From NCBI GenBank assembly GCA_043803685.1, contig JAZDJU010000072.1:1-64000 (forward strand): 64,000 bases of DNA. The letters are read 5' to 3'. This document shows positions 1-9,825 of the stretch, piece after piece (within the stretch, counting starts at the first letter, position 1; every line of letters begins with the position of its first letter). The notes below the pieces were generated by a model. That model saw only the letters and a list, made by a program, of their open reading frames with translations, searched no databases and was not told where the DNA came from. A program made the position numbers and the translations under genes. This DNA is from Candidatus Omnitrophota bacterium. Its GTDB lineage: Bacteria > Omnitrophota > Omnitrophia > Omnitrophales > Aquincolibacteriaceae.

Positions 1-969
1 ATCGAGGTGACGCTCCGCCCCGCCACACTCGACGAATTCATTGGGCAGTCGCAGGTGAAAGAAAATCTCAAGGTCTTTATCGAAGCCGCGCTCGGCCGCA
101 AGGAATCGCTCGACCACATCCTGCTCTTCGGGCCTCCGGGCCTCGGGAAAACCACGCTCGCCAATATCATCGCCCGGAAAATGGACGCGAAGATCCATCA
201 GGTGTCGGGGCCTGTCCTCGAGCGGGCGGGGGACCTGGCCGGGATTCTCACGAACCTCGAAAAAGGGGACGTGCTTTTTATTGATGAGATCCACCGGATC
301 CCGCACGTGGTGGAAGAATACCTTTATTCTGCGATGGAGGATTATGCGATCGAGATCATGATCGATAAAGGACCGCACGCGCGCTCGGTCAAGATGCAAT
401 TGCCGCGTTTTACGCTGATCGGCGCCACCACGCGAAGCGGTCTTCTTACAGCGCCCTTGCGGTCGCGTTTCGGTATTATTGAACGGCTGAACTATTATGA
501 GAACGAGGATCTGGCCACAATCGTGAAACGCTCGGCGAAGATCCTGGAGATCGGCGTCGATGAAAAAGGCGCGCTTGAGATCGCAAGCCGAGCGCGCGGC
601 ACTCCGCGTATCGCGAACCGTCTTCTCCGTCGTGTCCGGGACTATGCCCAGGTCAAAGCGAACGGCAAGATCACGACCGAAGTCGCGGATCAGGGACTCA
701 AGATGCTCGGGGTCGATCAGGAAGGGCTTGATCCGATGGACAAACGGATCTTGCATTACATTCTCAAGGAGTGTAAGGGGGGGCCCGTGGGCGTGAATAG
801 CCTTGCGGTCGGAGTCGGAGAAGATGCCGAAACCCTCGAAGAGATCTACGAGCCTTATCTTATCCAACGTGGCTTTCTGAAGCGCACCTCCGCCGGCCGC
901 GTCGCGACCGAACTCACCTACCAGCATTTCAACATGAAACCGCCCGCAGGATCCAAAGACCTTTTTTGA
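1..969 (+). CDS. ruvB: Holliday junction branch migration helicase RuvB; the frame is open at the window edge, so the true start may lie upstream
   Basis: LRP..LDEFIGQ, Walker [48 protein letters not shown] motifs. Confidence 0.98.
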   Translation: MEVTLRPATLDEFIGQSQVKENLKVFIEAALGRKESLDHILLFGPPGLGKTTLANIIARKMDAKIHQVSGPVLERAGDLAGILTNLEKGDVLFIDEIHRIPHVVEEYLYSAMEDYAIEIMIDKGPHARSVKMQLPRFTLIGATTRSGLLTAPLRSRFGIIERLNYYENEDLATIVKRSAKILEIGVDEKGALEIASRARGTPRIANRLLRRVRDYAQVKANGKITTEVADQGLKMLGVDQEGLDPMDKRILHYILKECKGGPVGVNSLAVGVGEDAETLEEIYEPYLIQRGFLKRTSAGRVATELTYQHFNMKPPAGSKDLF

Positions 970-991
970 TCTATGGCGCGATCGAGGAACG

Positions 992-1861
992 ATGGCGATC
1001 ATTGAGCCTGTGATACGGCCGCCGTCCGAAGCCGACAGTTTTCTTCTCCAGGTGACTTTGGGATGCTCGGCAGACCACTGCACTTTTTGCGGGGCTTACA
1101 AGACGAAACCCTTCCGCGTCAAAGATCCTGAAGAAATCTTTTCCGACATAGATCGTTACGCTCGCCGCTATCCCGACACGCGGCGCGTTTTTTTAATGGA
1201 TGGCGACGCGCTGGTCCTCAATAATAATAAATTAATTCCCATCCTCGAAAAATTACAGCAGGCTTTACCGAAGCTTTCTCGCGTTTCGGCCTATGCGAAC
1301 GGCTCGAATATCACCCGGAAAAGCGACGCAGAACTCGCGGAGCTTTACGCGCATAAACTGAGTCTGATCTACATGGGGCTTGAAAGCGGTAGCCAGCTTG
1401 TGCTCGACCGGTGCAAAAAAATCTCGAGCGCGGAAGAAATGATCCAGGCTGTGCGCAGGGCCGAGCGGGCGGCGATCCGGTCGTCCGTGATCGTGCTCCT
1501 GGGGCTAGGCGGGAAAAGATATTCTATGGAACATGTGAAAGGCACGATCGAAGCGCTCAACCGGATGCAGCCGCGCTACCTTTCATTCCTCTCTTTAATG
1601 GTGATCCCCGGAACGCCTCTTGCCGATGAAGTGTCGCGAGGGGACTTTGAGGAGCTTGAGCAGAAGGAGCTTTTGAGGGAGGCGTACGAAATGATCCAGG
1701 GGCTTACGCTTGAACACACAGTGTTCCGGTCGAATCACGCGTCGAACTATCTCGCGCTTGAGGGGACATTTCCGAAAGACCGGTCCGCTCTTTTGAAATC
1801 CCTGAAAGCCGCACTCGACGGAAAGGTCAGGTTCCGGCCCGATCTTTCGAGAGGATTATAA
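992..1861 (+). CDS. Radical SAM protein, function unknown
   Basis: RPPSEA..LLQVTLGCSADHCTFC Cys cluster, YMGLESG, FRSNHASNY. Confidence 0.85.
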   Translation: MAIIEPVIRPPSEADSFLLQVTLGCSADHCTFCGAYKTKPFRVKDPEEIFSDIDRYARRYPDTRRVFLMDGDALVLNNNKLIPILEKLQQALPKLSRVSAYANGSNITRKSDAELAELYAHKLSLIYMGLESGSQLVLDRCKKISSAEEMIQAVRRAERAAIRSSVIVLLGLGGKRYSMEHVKGTIEALNRMQPRYLSFLSLMVIPGTPLADEVSRGDFEELEQKELLREAYEMIQGLTLEHTVFRSNHASNYLALEGTFPKDRSALLKSLKAALDGKVRFRPDLSRGL

Positions 1862-1862
1862 A

Positions 1863-2432
1863 ATGACGGGAGAGCAAAGGATGGAGGCTCTAAAAGCAGA
1901 GGCGGCGGCGTGGTGCCGCGGAAAAAATGGTTTCCTGTATCTGCCGGTGGTGCTGTGGTTCGGCTATCTTTTTGTCCGGTTTCTCATGGATTCTGGCTAC
2001 TGCTGTTTTCTCTGGCCTTTGAACCTTGGATTCCATGAAGTAGGCCACTTGCTGTTTGGCTATGGCGGGAAATACATCGGAATGCTCGGAGGAACGCTTT
2101 TAGAATTCCTGGCGCCTGTTTTTTTCGTGTTCTATTTTTACCGAAGGCGTGATTTCTTCTCGATCGCTCTGTGCTTCGGGTGGCTTTCGACCGCTCTTTA
2201 CAGCATCGCCAAGTATACCGCCGACGCGCAGCAAATGGCCCTGCCGCTGACCTCGCTCTCCTGGGGAACGGAGATCATCCATGACTGGAACTATCTCTTG
2301 GGTGAGGTCGGTCTTTTACCCTACGATCATGTCATCGCCTTTTTTATCCGGGCGCTTGCCGGCGCGTCCATGCTTGTCTGCCTCACCGCGGGGTCTTGGC
2401 TTGTTTGGCGCATGATAACAGTTCGCGATTAA
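1863..2432 (+). CDS. Integral membrane protein with HExGH motif (M50-like metallopeptidase family possible)
   Basis: Several hydrophobic segments; FHEVGH and HDWNYLL motifs. Confidence 0.6.
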   Translation: MTGEQRMEALKAEAAAWCRGKNGFLYLPVVLWFGYLFVRFLMDSGYCCFLWPLNLGFHEVGHLLFGYGGKYIGMLGGTLLEFLAPVFFVFYFYRRRDFFSIALCFGWLSTALYSIAKYTADAQQMALPLTSLSWGTEIIHDWNYLLGEVGLLPYDHVIAFFIRALAGASMLVCLTAGSWLVWRMITVRD

Positions 2433-2550
2433 TCTATCGCTTTAGGACGAAGTCGTTGCCTCTCTTTGCGGGCGCATGCTATATTAACCCATCTGAGCTG
2501 TGCGCAGGCCCGCGGGCTGCGCCGATATCGCGTCCAAGAGGGGAAATAAG

Positions 2551-2766
2551 ATGAGCGATCTTGCAAAAACCCTGATCTTTTTTGGCCTGATCCTGGTAGG
2601 CATGGGGATTTTTGCGGCTATTTTTTCAAAAGTGCCGTTGCTCGGAAAACTTCCCGGGGACATTTTCTTCCGGAAGGGTACTTTCACTTTTTACTTTCCC
2701 TTTTCCACTTGTGTTCTGCTCAGTCTGATCCTCACGCTCGCGTTCACTTTGTTCGGGAAAAAATAA
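2551..2766 (+). CDS. Small membrane protein, DUF2905-like
   Basis: GKLPGDI..F.FYFP..TC motif; start moved to ATG 2551 after GAGGGG RBS. Confidence 0.8.
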   Translation: MSDLAKTLIFFGLILVGMGIFAAIFSKVPLLGKLPGDIFFRKGTFTFYFPFSTCVLLSLILTLAFTLFGKK

Positions 2767-2767
2767 T

Positions 2768-3589
2768 ATGCTGGCACTGCTGACCTCGTTCTGGCGGCCC
2801 CTGATCGAGATCCTCTTTATCTGGGTGCTGATCTATTCGGTGATCCGTTTCTTCCAGGGGACGCGCGCCATGCAGGTCCTTTTGGGTCTTGTCATGCTGG
2901 TCGTGATCTTTCTTGCCGCGAAATTCTTTGAACTGAACAGTATCATCTGGGTCCTCTCCAAGTTATTTGCCGTGGGAGTCGTGGCTTTCCTCATCATTTT
3001 TCAGCCGGAAATGCGGCGCGTTCTGGCACGCATCGGAACTACGATGTCGAGCGGATTTTTACACGGGGGAGGCATGCTGGATGAGGTGATCCGTGCTTGT
3101 GACCAGATGGCACGGCACCGGACCGGCGCTTTGATCGCGCTGGAGCGGGACGTGGGCCTTAAGAATTACATCGAGAGTGGCATGATGATCGACGCCAAGG
3201 TCAGCGCGGAACTTCTCCTCAGCATTTTTGACCCGCACACCCCGACGCATGACGGCGCCGTGATCATCACGGGGAACCGGATCGCGTCCTGCGGCTCTCT
3301 TTTCCCTTTGACGCAAATGACGGATCTTCCGACTTCGGTGGGGACGCGTCACCGCGCCGCGATCGGTCTCACGGAAGAAAATGACGCTGTGTGCATTGTA
3401 GTTTCGGAAGAGACGGGAAATATTTCAGTTTCTGTCTTCGGGAAACTGACCAAAGCGCTTGATCTGGAGGACCTGAAGAGGATCCTGCAGGGGCTTTTTA
3501 AGCCGGCGGAGAACAAGAACGTCATCAAGGATTTTATGGACAAGAACAAGAAACTTTTTCAGTTCCACGGAAAGGCGGCCGGGAAATGA
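2768..3589 (+). CDS. cdaA: Membrane diadenylate cyclase CdaA/DacA
   Basis: Three N-terminal TM segments, IFQPE, HDGA and GTRHRAA DAC motifs, VSEETG. Confidence 0.95.
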   Translation: MLALLTSFWRPLIEILFIWVLIYSVIRFFQGTRAMQVLLGLVMLVVIFLAAKFFELNSIIWVLSKLFAVGVVAFLIIFQPEMRRVLARIGTTMSSGFLHGGGMLDEVIRACDQMARHRTGALIALERDVGLKNYIESGMMIDAKVSAELLLSIFDPHTPTHDGAVIITGNRIASCGSLFPLTQMTDLPTSVGTRHRAAIGLTEENDAVCIVVSEETGNISVSVFGKLTKALDLEDLKRILQGLFKPAENKNVIKDFMDKNKKLFQFHGKAAGK

Positions 3590-4524
3590 AACATTGGTTT
3601 TTCCGGAATTGGGGTTTGAAGCTCATCTCTCTGGTGCTCGCTGTCGGGACCTGGTATTACGCCGCGGGTGAGGAGAGCATCGAGGTCATGCGCGTGATCC
3701 CGCTTAAGACCCAGATGAGCAGCCAGGAGATGACCGTTTCCGAAATTTCCGCGAAGACCGTCCAGGTCACCTTGTCCGCGCCGAGGGCCTTGATCGTGAA
3801 CCTTGCGAGTCAGGATATCCAGGCCGTGCACAAGATCGGTCCGGAGATCAAGACGGCGGGAGAGTACTCCTTTCGTCTTGAGCCCAGTGAGATCAGTGTT
3901 CCCAGTTTCCAGATCCGTGTGATCAAGATCGTTCCTGAAGCTGTGACCGTGAAGCTGGACGAGGTGATCGTCCAGAAACTCGAGATCCAGCCGGATTTTG
4001 TGGGAGAGGTCGCGGTCGGTTACAAACTCCTCGCGGATGAATTGCGCATGGACCCGAACGCTATTCTCGCGAGGGGTCCCAAAGGAGTTTTGGAAAAAAT
4101 GAAATCAGCGAAGACCGCGCCGATCGACCTGGTCGGCCGTATCCGGTCTTTTTATCGCACGGTGGAAGTGAAACTGCCGCCGGGGGTCAAGCCCATGAGC
4201 GAATCCCTTGTGAACGTTTATATTCCCATCCGGGAAGAGTTCGGAGAAAAAGAATTCAAGGATGTCCCTGTCCGTATTTTGAGAGCGCCCGCCGCGACGG
4301 GGGTCGTGGACCTCAGTCCGGACAAAGTGACGTTCGTGTTGAAGGGATCCAAGCTTTATCTTGAGAAGCTGACTTCTGAGACCTTGTTGGCTTACGTGGA
4401 TCTTGCCGATCGTAAAAAAGGGGATTATGACCTGTTGCTCCAGGTCGTTCTGCCCGAGAACGTGAGTTTGAAAGACAAAGAGCCGATCAAGATCAAAGCC
4501 GCGATCCGCTCCCTTACCCAGTAA
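3586..4524 (+). CDS. cdaR: CdaR/YbbR-like regulator
   Basis: N-terminal anchor LKLISLVLA..TW, repeated YbbR-like beta domains, overlaps the cdaA stop. Confidence 0.85.
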   Translation: MKHWFFRNWGLKLISLVLAVGTWYYAAGEESIEVMRVIPLKTQMSSQEMTVSEISAKTVQVTLSAPRALIVNLASQDIQAVHKIGPEIKTAGEYSFRLEPSEISVPSFQIRVIKIVPEAVTVKLDEVIVQKLEIQPDFVGEVAVGYKLLADELRMDPNAILARGPKGVLEKMKSAKTAPIDLVGRIRSFYRTVEVKLPPGVKPMSESLVNVYIPIREEFGEKEFKDVPVRILRAPAATGVVDLSPDKVTFVLKGSKLYLEKLTSETLLAYVDLADRKKGDYDLLLQVVLPENVSLKDKEPIKIKAAIRSLTQ

Positions 4525-4531
4525 TTCTCCC

Positions 4532-5272
4532 ATGACCGCTCGCGCGATCTCCCAAAAACTCGGCATCAACATCGACCATGTCGCGACCCTGCGCCAGGCG
4601 CGCCTGGGGGAAGAGCCCGCGGTTCTCGAGGCAGCGCTTGAGGCGGAGCAGGGAGGCGCCGACAGCATTACGGTTCATTTGCGCGAAGACCGCCGGCACA
4701 TCCAGGATGCCGATGTTTTTGAACTGATGGAAAAGATCTACGTGCCGCTTAATCTCGAGATGTCCGTTTCGCCTGAGATCCTCAAGATCGCGCTCCAGGT
4801 CGCGCCCGAAAAGGTGTGCCTCGTTCCCGAGAAACGGAAGGAGCTGACGACCGAAGGCGGGCTGGACCTTTTTTCGAAAAAAGGTCCTTTGCTCCGGACG
4901 ATCGACGCGCTTTCGGGGAAGAAGGTTGAAGTCAGTCTTTTTATCGATCCGGTGGAGGTTCAGGTGCGCGAAGCGGCCCGGCTTGGGGCCTACGCGATCG
5001 AGATTCACACGGGCTCTTATGCCAATGCCGCCGGCAAGAAGCAGGATAAGGAACTTTTCCGGATCCGTGAGGCCGCGCGTCTGGGCCGGAGCCTTGGACT
5101 TCACGTTCATGCCGGGCATGGTTTGAATTACGAGAATATTTTTCCGCTGTTGGCGGTCCCGGAGATCACGGAATTCAATATCGGTCACTCCATCGTCAGC
5201 CGCGCCGTGTTCGTCGGTCTTGCCCGCGCCGTCCAGGAAATGAAGAAGATCATCACCAGCGGTAAGAAATAA
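4532..5272 (+). CDS. pdxJ: Pyridoxine 5'-phosphate synthase
   Basis: LGINIDHVATLRQAR, ITVHLREDRRHI, TTEGGLD, HAGHGL, NIGHSI. Confidence 0.97.
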   Translation: MTARAISQKLGINIDHVATLRQARLGEEPAVLEAALEAEQGGADSITVHLREDRRHIQDADVFELMEKIYVPLNLEMSVSPEILKIALQVAPEKVCLVPEKRKELTTEGGLDLFSKKGPLLRTIDALSGKKVEVSLFIDPVEVQVREAARLGAYAIEIHTGSYANAAGKKQDKELFRIREAARLGRSLGLHVHAGHGLNYENIFPLLAVPEITEFNIGHSIVSRAVFVGLARAVQEMKKIITSGKK

Positions 5273-5335
5273 GCGATAAGCGGTAAGGAAAAAGCCGCCT
5301 TTAGCTTACCGCTTACTGCTTAACGCTTACAACTT
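5259..5335. repeat. Heptamer array followed by its inverse complement
   Basis: gcggtaa gaaataa gcgataa gcggtaa ... ttaccgc ttactgc ttaacgc ttacaac. Confidence 0.85.
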
Positions 5336-5340
5336 GAGAA

Positions 5341-6204
5341 ATGAATATCCGATCTATTGCTAAAAAACTGAAGCGTTCCGCCATCGCGCACAAAGGTGAT
5401 TTTGGGCGCATCTTTATTCTTGCCGGGTCCCGCGGCATGACCGGCGCCGCGCATCTGGCAGGCATGGCCGCCCTCCGGTCGGGAGCAGGGCTCGTGACGA
5501 TCGGCATCCCCGATACACTTTACCTCGCGTTAGCCAAGCGTGATCCTGAACTCATGATCCGGCCTCTTCCGTCCACTCCCGTAGGAACGCTTTCATTGAA
5601 AGGGTTCCGGGAGATCGAACGTTTCTGCACGACGCAAAACGTGCTCGCGATCGGTCCCGGACTTTCCCAACACACCACGACCCAAAAACTTATCTGCAAG
5701 GTCCTTGAGGCTGTTCAGTTGCCGCTTGTGATTGACGCGGATGGGCTCAACGCCCTGAAGGGGCATCTCGATATTCTCAAGCACTGCCGCGGCCGTGCGA
5801 TCCTGACGCCGCATCCGGGAGAATTCTGCCGTGTGTTTGGCGGCAAGCTCAATGACTCCGATGTGACGAGAAAAAAACGCGCTCTCGATGCCGCCAAGCG
5901 ATGCGACCACGTGATCGTTCTCAAAGGGCACCGCACGGTCGTGGCTACGCCCGAAGGAGATTGCTACGTGAATACGACCGGGAATCCCGGTATGGCGACC
6001 GCGGGTTCAGGAGATGTATTAACCGGAACGATCGCCGCGCTTCTGGGTCAGGGGCTTTCGAATTTTGAAGCGGCGTGTCTCGGGGTCTATATTCATGGAC
6101 TTGCCGGAGACATGGCTGCCAAAAAAATCGGCCCCATAAGTCTTACGGCCGGCGATCTGGTGCGTTTTCTTCCGGAAGCCTTCAAATCCGTTGTGCCCCG
6201 CTGA
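5341..6204 (+). CDS. nnrD: ADP-dependent NAD(P)H-hydrate dehydratase (stand-alone NnrD)
   Basis: HKGDFG, GAGLV, IGPGL, DADGLN, LTPHPGE, GSGDVLTG. Confidence 0.93.
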   Translation: MNIRSIAKKLKRSAIAHKGDFGRIFILAGSRGMTGAAHLAGMAALRSGAGLVTIGIPDTLYLALAKRDPELMIRPLPSTPVGTLSLKGFREIERFCTTQNVLAIGPGLSQHTTTQKLICKVLEAVQLPLVIDADGLNALKGHLDILKHCRGRAILTPHPGEFCRVFGGKLNDSDVTRKKRALDAAKRCDHVIVLKGHRTVVATPEGDCYVNTTGNPGMATAGSGDVLTGTIAALLGQGLSNFEAACLGVYIHGLAGDMAAKKIGPISLTAGDLVRFLPEAFKSVVPR

Positions 6205-6210
6205 ATTCTT

Positions 6211-7161
6211 ATGGATAGCTTTTCTTCCTACCAACAATGCACCCTGTGTCCCCGCGACTGCAAGGTCGATCGCGCGAAGGGTCCTTTGGGGTTTTGCGGG
6301 GAAAGCTCAAGTTGTCGCGTCTCTTTCATCGGGCCTCACTTCGGAGAAGAGCCTTCTTTTACCGGGACCCGCGGCTCCGGTACGATCTTCTTTAGCGGCT
6401 GTTCCAGCCAGTGTTTTTTCTGCCAGAACTATCAGATCTCGAACCAACATGAAGGCCGCACGGTCACGTCCGCGGAACTTCTGTCGGAGGTTCGGGCACT
6501 TCTCGCCAAGGGCGTTCATAATCTCAATTTTGTGACGCCCGATCATTTCTGGCCGCATATCGAAGTCCTTTGCCAGGCCTTGCGGGAAGAAGGGGTCAAG
6601 ATCCCGAAGATCTTTAACTGTTCCGGGTATCAAAAACAGGAGCAGGTGAAAGTCTATGCCGGGGAAATGGATATTTTTCTTCCGGATTTCAAATTCGCAG
6701 AGGCTGAGCTTGCCGAGACGTGCATGAGAGACGCGCGATATCCCGAAATTGCTTTGGAGGCGCTCCGGGAGATGGTGAGGCTCAAGGGATTTCTGGAACC
6801 TTGGGATGTGACGGGAGAGCGGACCGCGGGTCGAGGAGTGCTTGTCCGGCATTTGGTGTTGCCGGGGTATATCGATAACAGCTTGAAGGTCTTAAGACTT
6901 CTCCACAAAGAATTCGGTCCGGGGCTTCCGCTTTCGGTCATGAGTCAGTTCCGGCCGGTTTCCGAGTGCTCCCGGAAGAAAAAACTGGACCGTTCGCTCC
7001 ACGCCGAAGAATACGCCCAGATCCTGGAACTTGTCGAAGAGCTTGGATTTGAGAAGGTTTATATTCAGGAGCTCAAGGAAGAGACCGCTTTTATGCCGGA
7101 TTTCAAGAACCCCCAAGATCCTTTCCCAGGAAACCATCAAAAGGATCAGACCGGAGACTGA
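6211..7161 (+). CDS. Radical SAM protein, PflX-like
   Basis: CTLCPRDC, HFGEEP, CSSQCFFCQN, VRHLVLPG. Confidence 0.88.
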   Translation: MDSFSSYQQCTLCPRDCKVDRAKGPLGFCGESSSCRVSFIGPHFGEEPSFTGTRGSGTIFFSGCSSQCFFCQNYQISNQHEGRTVTSAELLSEVRALLAKGVHNLNFVTPDHFWPHIEVLCQALREEGVKIPKIFNCSGYQKQEQVKVYAGEMDIFLPDFKFAEAELAETCMRDARYPEIALEALREMVRLKGFLEPWDVTGERTAGRGVLVRHLVLPGYIDNSLKVLRLLHKEFGPGLPLSVMSQFRPVSECSRKKKLDRSLHAEEYAQILELVEELGFEKVYIQELKEETAFMPDFKNPQDPFPGNHQKDQTGD

Positions 7162-7223
7162 AGACGGCAGACAGCGGATCGAGGAGCTTTTGTCTGCAGG
7201 CTGTTGTCTGTAGTCTCAGGTCC
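7146..7223. repeat. Heptamer array (nAGACnG) followed by inverse (nGTCTnn) units
   Basis: cagaccg gagactg aagacgg cagacag ... tgtctgc aggctgt tgtctgt agtctca. Confidence 0.75.
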
Positions 7224-7289
7224 AATATTCAGACTGGCTATCGGGCAGACCATGGATATATAATTACTTCACGTTTTTCAGAGGAGCCC

Positions 7290-7961
7290 ATGGATAAAAA
7301 GGTTACGCTGTCCCCGTCGGCATTGAGTCTTTTTAAGGACTGTCCTCGGTGTTTTTGGCTCGAGAAGGTCAAGAATATCAAGCGGCCCCGCGGCATTTTC
7401 CCATCACTGCCGGGCGGTATGGACCGAGTGATCAAGACCTACTTTGATACCTTTCGCGCCCAAGGGACGCTTCCTCCTGAGCTTCACATTGATGCATTCA
7501 AAGGTATCCGCCTTTTCGGGGATCAAGTCCAGCTTGAGGCCTGGCGCGCGTGGCGGACCGGACTTCGATATCAGGAGGACGGATCGGTCCTCTCAGGGAT
7601 GCTCGATGATCTGCTCGTCAAGGACGGCGCCTATGTCCCCTTCGACTACAAGACCAAAGGGTCGCCTACGAACGAAGTGGATGCGACCAGGTATTATCAG
7701 ACCCAATTGGATTGTTACGCGCTGATGCTCGAGGGGAACGGGCTCAAGACCGCGGGTTACGGTTTTCTTCTCTATTATTCGCCTAAAGAGGTCCGGGAGA
7801 ATGGGCAGGTGGGTTTCGAGATCCAGCCGATCCGCATCGAAACGGACGTTGAACGTGCCAAAGAGCTGTTTCATCGGGCGCTCGCGATCCTGACGGGCGC
7901 CGCGCCCAAGGCTTCGGAGAAATGTGAGTATTGCGGGTGGCTTGAAAAATTCAGAAAGTGA
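7290..7961 (+). CDS. PD-(D/E)xK nuclease family protein (RecB/Cas4-like, stand-alone)
   Basis: LSPS..CPRC, GMLDDL..DYKT, QL..Y, C-terminal CEYC. Confidence 0.85.
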   Translation: MDKKVTLSPSALSLFKDCPRCFWLEKVKNIKRPRGIFPSLPGGMDRVIKTYFDTFRAQGTLPPELHIDAFKGIRLFGDQVQLEAWRAWRTGLRYQEDGSVLSGMLDDLLVKDGAYVPFDYKTKGSPTNEVDATRYYQTQLDCYALMLEGNGLKTAGYGFLLYYSPKEVRENGQVGFEIQPIRIETDVERAKELFHRALAILTGAAPKASEKCEYCGWLEKFRK

Positions 7962-8004
7962 CCTGCTGTTCAGGTCATGACGCAAAGATGAAAGGGAGTT
8001 TCTT

Positions 8005-8292
8005 ATGCCGCAGAAGACGGAATTAAAAGTGGAAGTGAAGAAGCCCACTGAGGAACAATTGAAGTCCTTGGGAGTTTTTTCGTGGCCGATCTGGGCCAAA
8101 GAAGCCTCAAGTTTCGATTGGTATTATGACGAAAAAGAAGTCTGCTATTTTCTCGAGGGAGATGTTACTGTGAAGATACCGGGCGGCGAGGTTTCGTTCG
8201 GCCAAGGTGACCTCGTGACATTCCCGCAAGGGTTGAAATGCGTTTGGAATATCAAGAAGGCTGTTAGAAAACATTATAAATTTGGATCTTAA
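8005..8292 (+). CDS. Cupin domain protein (Cupin_3-like)
   Basis: WPIW..E..F.WYY..E.CY.LEG.V, GDLV.FP.G..C.W. Confidence 0.85.
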   Translation: MPQKTELKVEVKKPTEEQLKSLGVFSWPIWAKEASSFDWYYDEKEVCYFLEGDVTVKIPGGEVSFGQGDLVTFPQGLKCVWNIKKAVRKHYKFGS

Positions 8293-8304
8293 CGAAAGGG
8301 ACTT

Positions 8305-8730
8305 ATGACATCGCCTACGCCTAAAACGAACGCCATGCTTATTTGTGATTATGTGATCACCGAGCGCGGCACGAACAAGAAAAGTCTGATCGGGGTCTTT
8401 GAGAATATCGGAGCGGCGACGTTTCCCTGTACGCATTTCGCGATGTCGGTCTATATCAAACTCACGGACGCCCAGGGGGGATACCAATTCCGGCTAGAAT
8501 TGGTCGACCTTCAAAGTGATGTGATGATCGGCAAGAGCGAAATGCCCGAGGAAGTGCATGTGCCGAGTCCGCTTGACGCGCATGAGTTAGTGTTCAATCT
8601 TCGAGGTGTTCGTTTTATGCATGCCGGCAATTACGAATTCCGGATCTTTGCCAATGACAGGATCTTCGGTCAAAAAAAACTCGTGGTGGAACAGATCGAT
8701 CCGAACATAAAAAATCCAGGACCGCAGTAA
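8305..8730 (+). CDS. Conserved hypothetical protein (DUF6941-like)
   Basis: ICD.VI...TNKKSLIGVF motif; RBS; operon context. Confidence 0.6.
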   Translation: MTSPTPKTNAMLICDYVITERGTNKKSLIGVFENIGAATFPCTHFAMSVYIKLTDAQGGYQFRLELVDLQSDVMIGKSEMPEEVHVPSPLDAHELVFNLRGVRFMHAGNYEFRIFANDRIFGQKKLVVEQIDPNIKNPGPQ

Positions 8731-8744
8731 ACGAGGGAGCACGC

Positions 8745-9299
8745 ATGGCGAAAACAGCAGTGGTGATCCTGGCAGAAGGGTTTGAGGAGATCGAGGCTAT
8801 TGCACCGATCGATGTGTTAAGACGCGCGGGAGTGCGCGTCACGATCGCGGGAGTTTCAGGACTTCAGGTCAAGAGCTCCAGGGGGATCGGAGTTCAGGCG
8901 GATGTGCTTCTCAAAGACGTTCTCGAGCTTCCCGATGCGGTGATCCTTCATGGCGGAGTTCCTGGTACCGCGAATCTTGCCCGTTCCGAAGAAGTGGGAG
9001 CTTTCATTAGAAAAATGAATGCGGCGGGAAAACTTGTGGCGGCGATCTGCGCCGCTCCGGCGGCTGTGTTAGCGCCACTCGGTATTCTGGACGGCAAGAA
9101 AGTGACCTGTTATCCCGGGTGCGAGTCGGAATTTTCCGAAAAAACAACGCACTCTGATGAGGCTGTGGTGGTGGACGGAAACGTCATCACCAGCCGCGGG
9201 CCTGGCACAGCTCTGGAATTTGCTTTGGCGATCGCCGTCCGGCTCGCAGGACAGGAAATGGCGGATATCGTGCGCGGCAAAATGTTAGTGGGGGTGTGA
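8745..9299 (+). CDS. DJ-1/PfpI family protein (YajL/ThiJ-like)
   Basis: GFEEIEA..DVLRRAG, AICAAP, TSRGPGTA. Confidence 0.92.
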   Translation: MAKTAVVILAEGFEEIEAIAPIDVLRRAGVRVTIAGVSGLQVKSSRGIGVQADVLLKDVLELPDAVILHGGVPGTANLARSEEVGAFIRKMNAAGKLVAAICAAPAAVLAPLGILDGKKVTCYPGCESEFSEKTTHSDEAVVVDGNVITSRGPGTALEFALAIAVRLAGQEMADIVRGKMLVGV

Positions 9300-9303
9300 A
9301 CGC

Positions 9304-9813
9304 ATGAGGTTTTTTGAGGTCGAGCAGAAATACCGGTTGAGATCTCCCGCGAAGGTCCGGACAATCCTCAAAAAGATCGGGGCCAAGCGGGTCATTCAGG
9401 GCATCGAAACAAACGAGTTCTACGACCGGAACGGTTTTTTCGCGAAACAAAAGACCGCGCTCCGGCTCAGACAGTTTGGACGAGGTCTGGGCACGCTGAC
9501 GCTCAAAGGCCCCAGGATCAAAGCGCGTTTCACGAAACGGATGGAGCTCGAGACGCCTGTCGATGCCGCGGCCGCCAAGGCGATCTTGAAGTTCCTCGGC
9601 TGCCGGATGCTGAGGAGCTATTCCAAAAAACGGGAACTGTATAAGCTGGGCCGCACGAGCGTGACGGTGGATTTTCTCAGGAAATTTGGCTGGTTCCTTG
9701 AGATCGAAGGCGAGCCCCGTTCCATCAGGCGGATCGAGAAAAAGCTGGGGCTTGGGGACGAGTCCCGGGAAGAAAGATCTTACTTGCAGATGTTATTTAA
9801 GTGGAAACACTAA
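9304..9813 (+). CDS. CYTH domain protein (class IV adenylate cyclase-like)
   Basis: EVEQKY ExExK motif, LRLR, LTLKGP, KKRE, FLEIE. Confidence 0.85.
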   Translation: MRFFEVEQKYRLRSPAKVRTILKKIGAKRVIQGIETNEFYDRNGFFAKQKTALRLRQFGRGLGTLTLKGPRIKARFTKRMELETPVDAAAAKAILKFLGCRMLRSYSKKRELYKLGRTSVTVDFLRKFGWFLEIEGEPRSIRRIEKKLGLGDESREERSYLQMLFKWKH

Positions 9814-9825
9814 AAGGAGAACATT

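Noticed and set aside
7290..7961. Cas4-like nuclease as a sign of a CRISPR-Cas locus
   Set aside because: No other cas genes and no repeat-spacer array in the window; it sits in a housekeeping run
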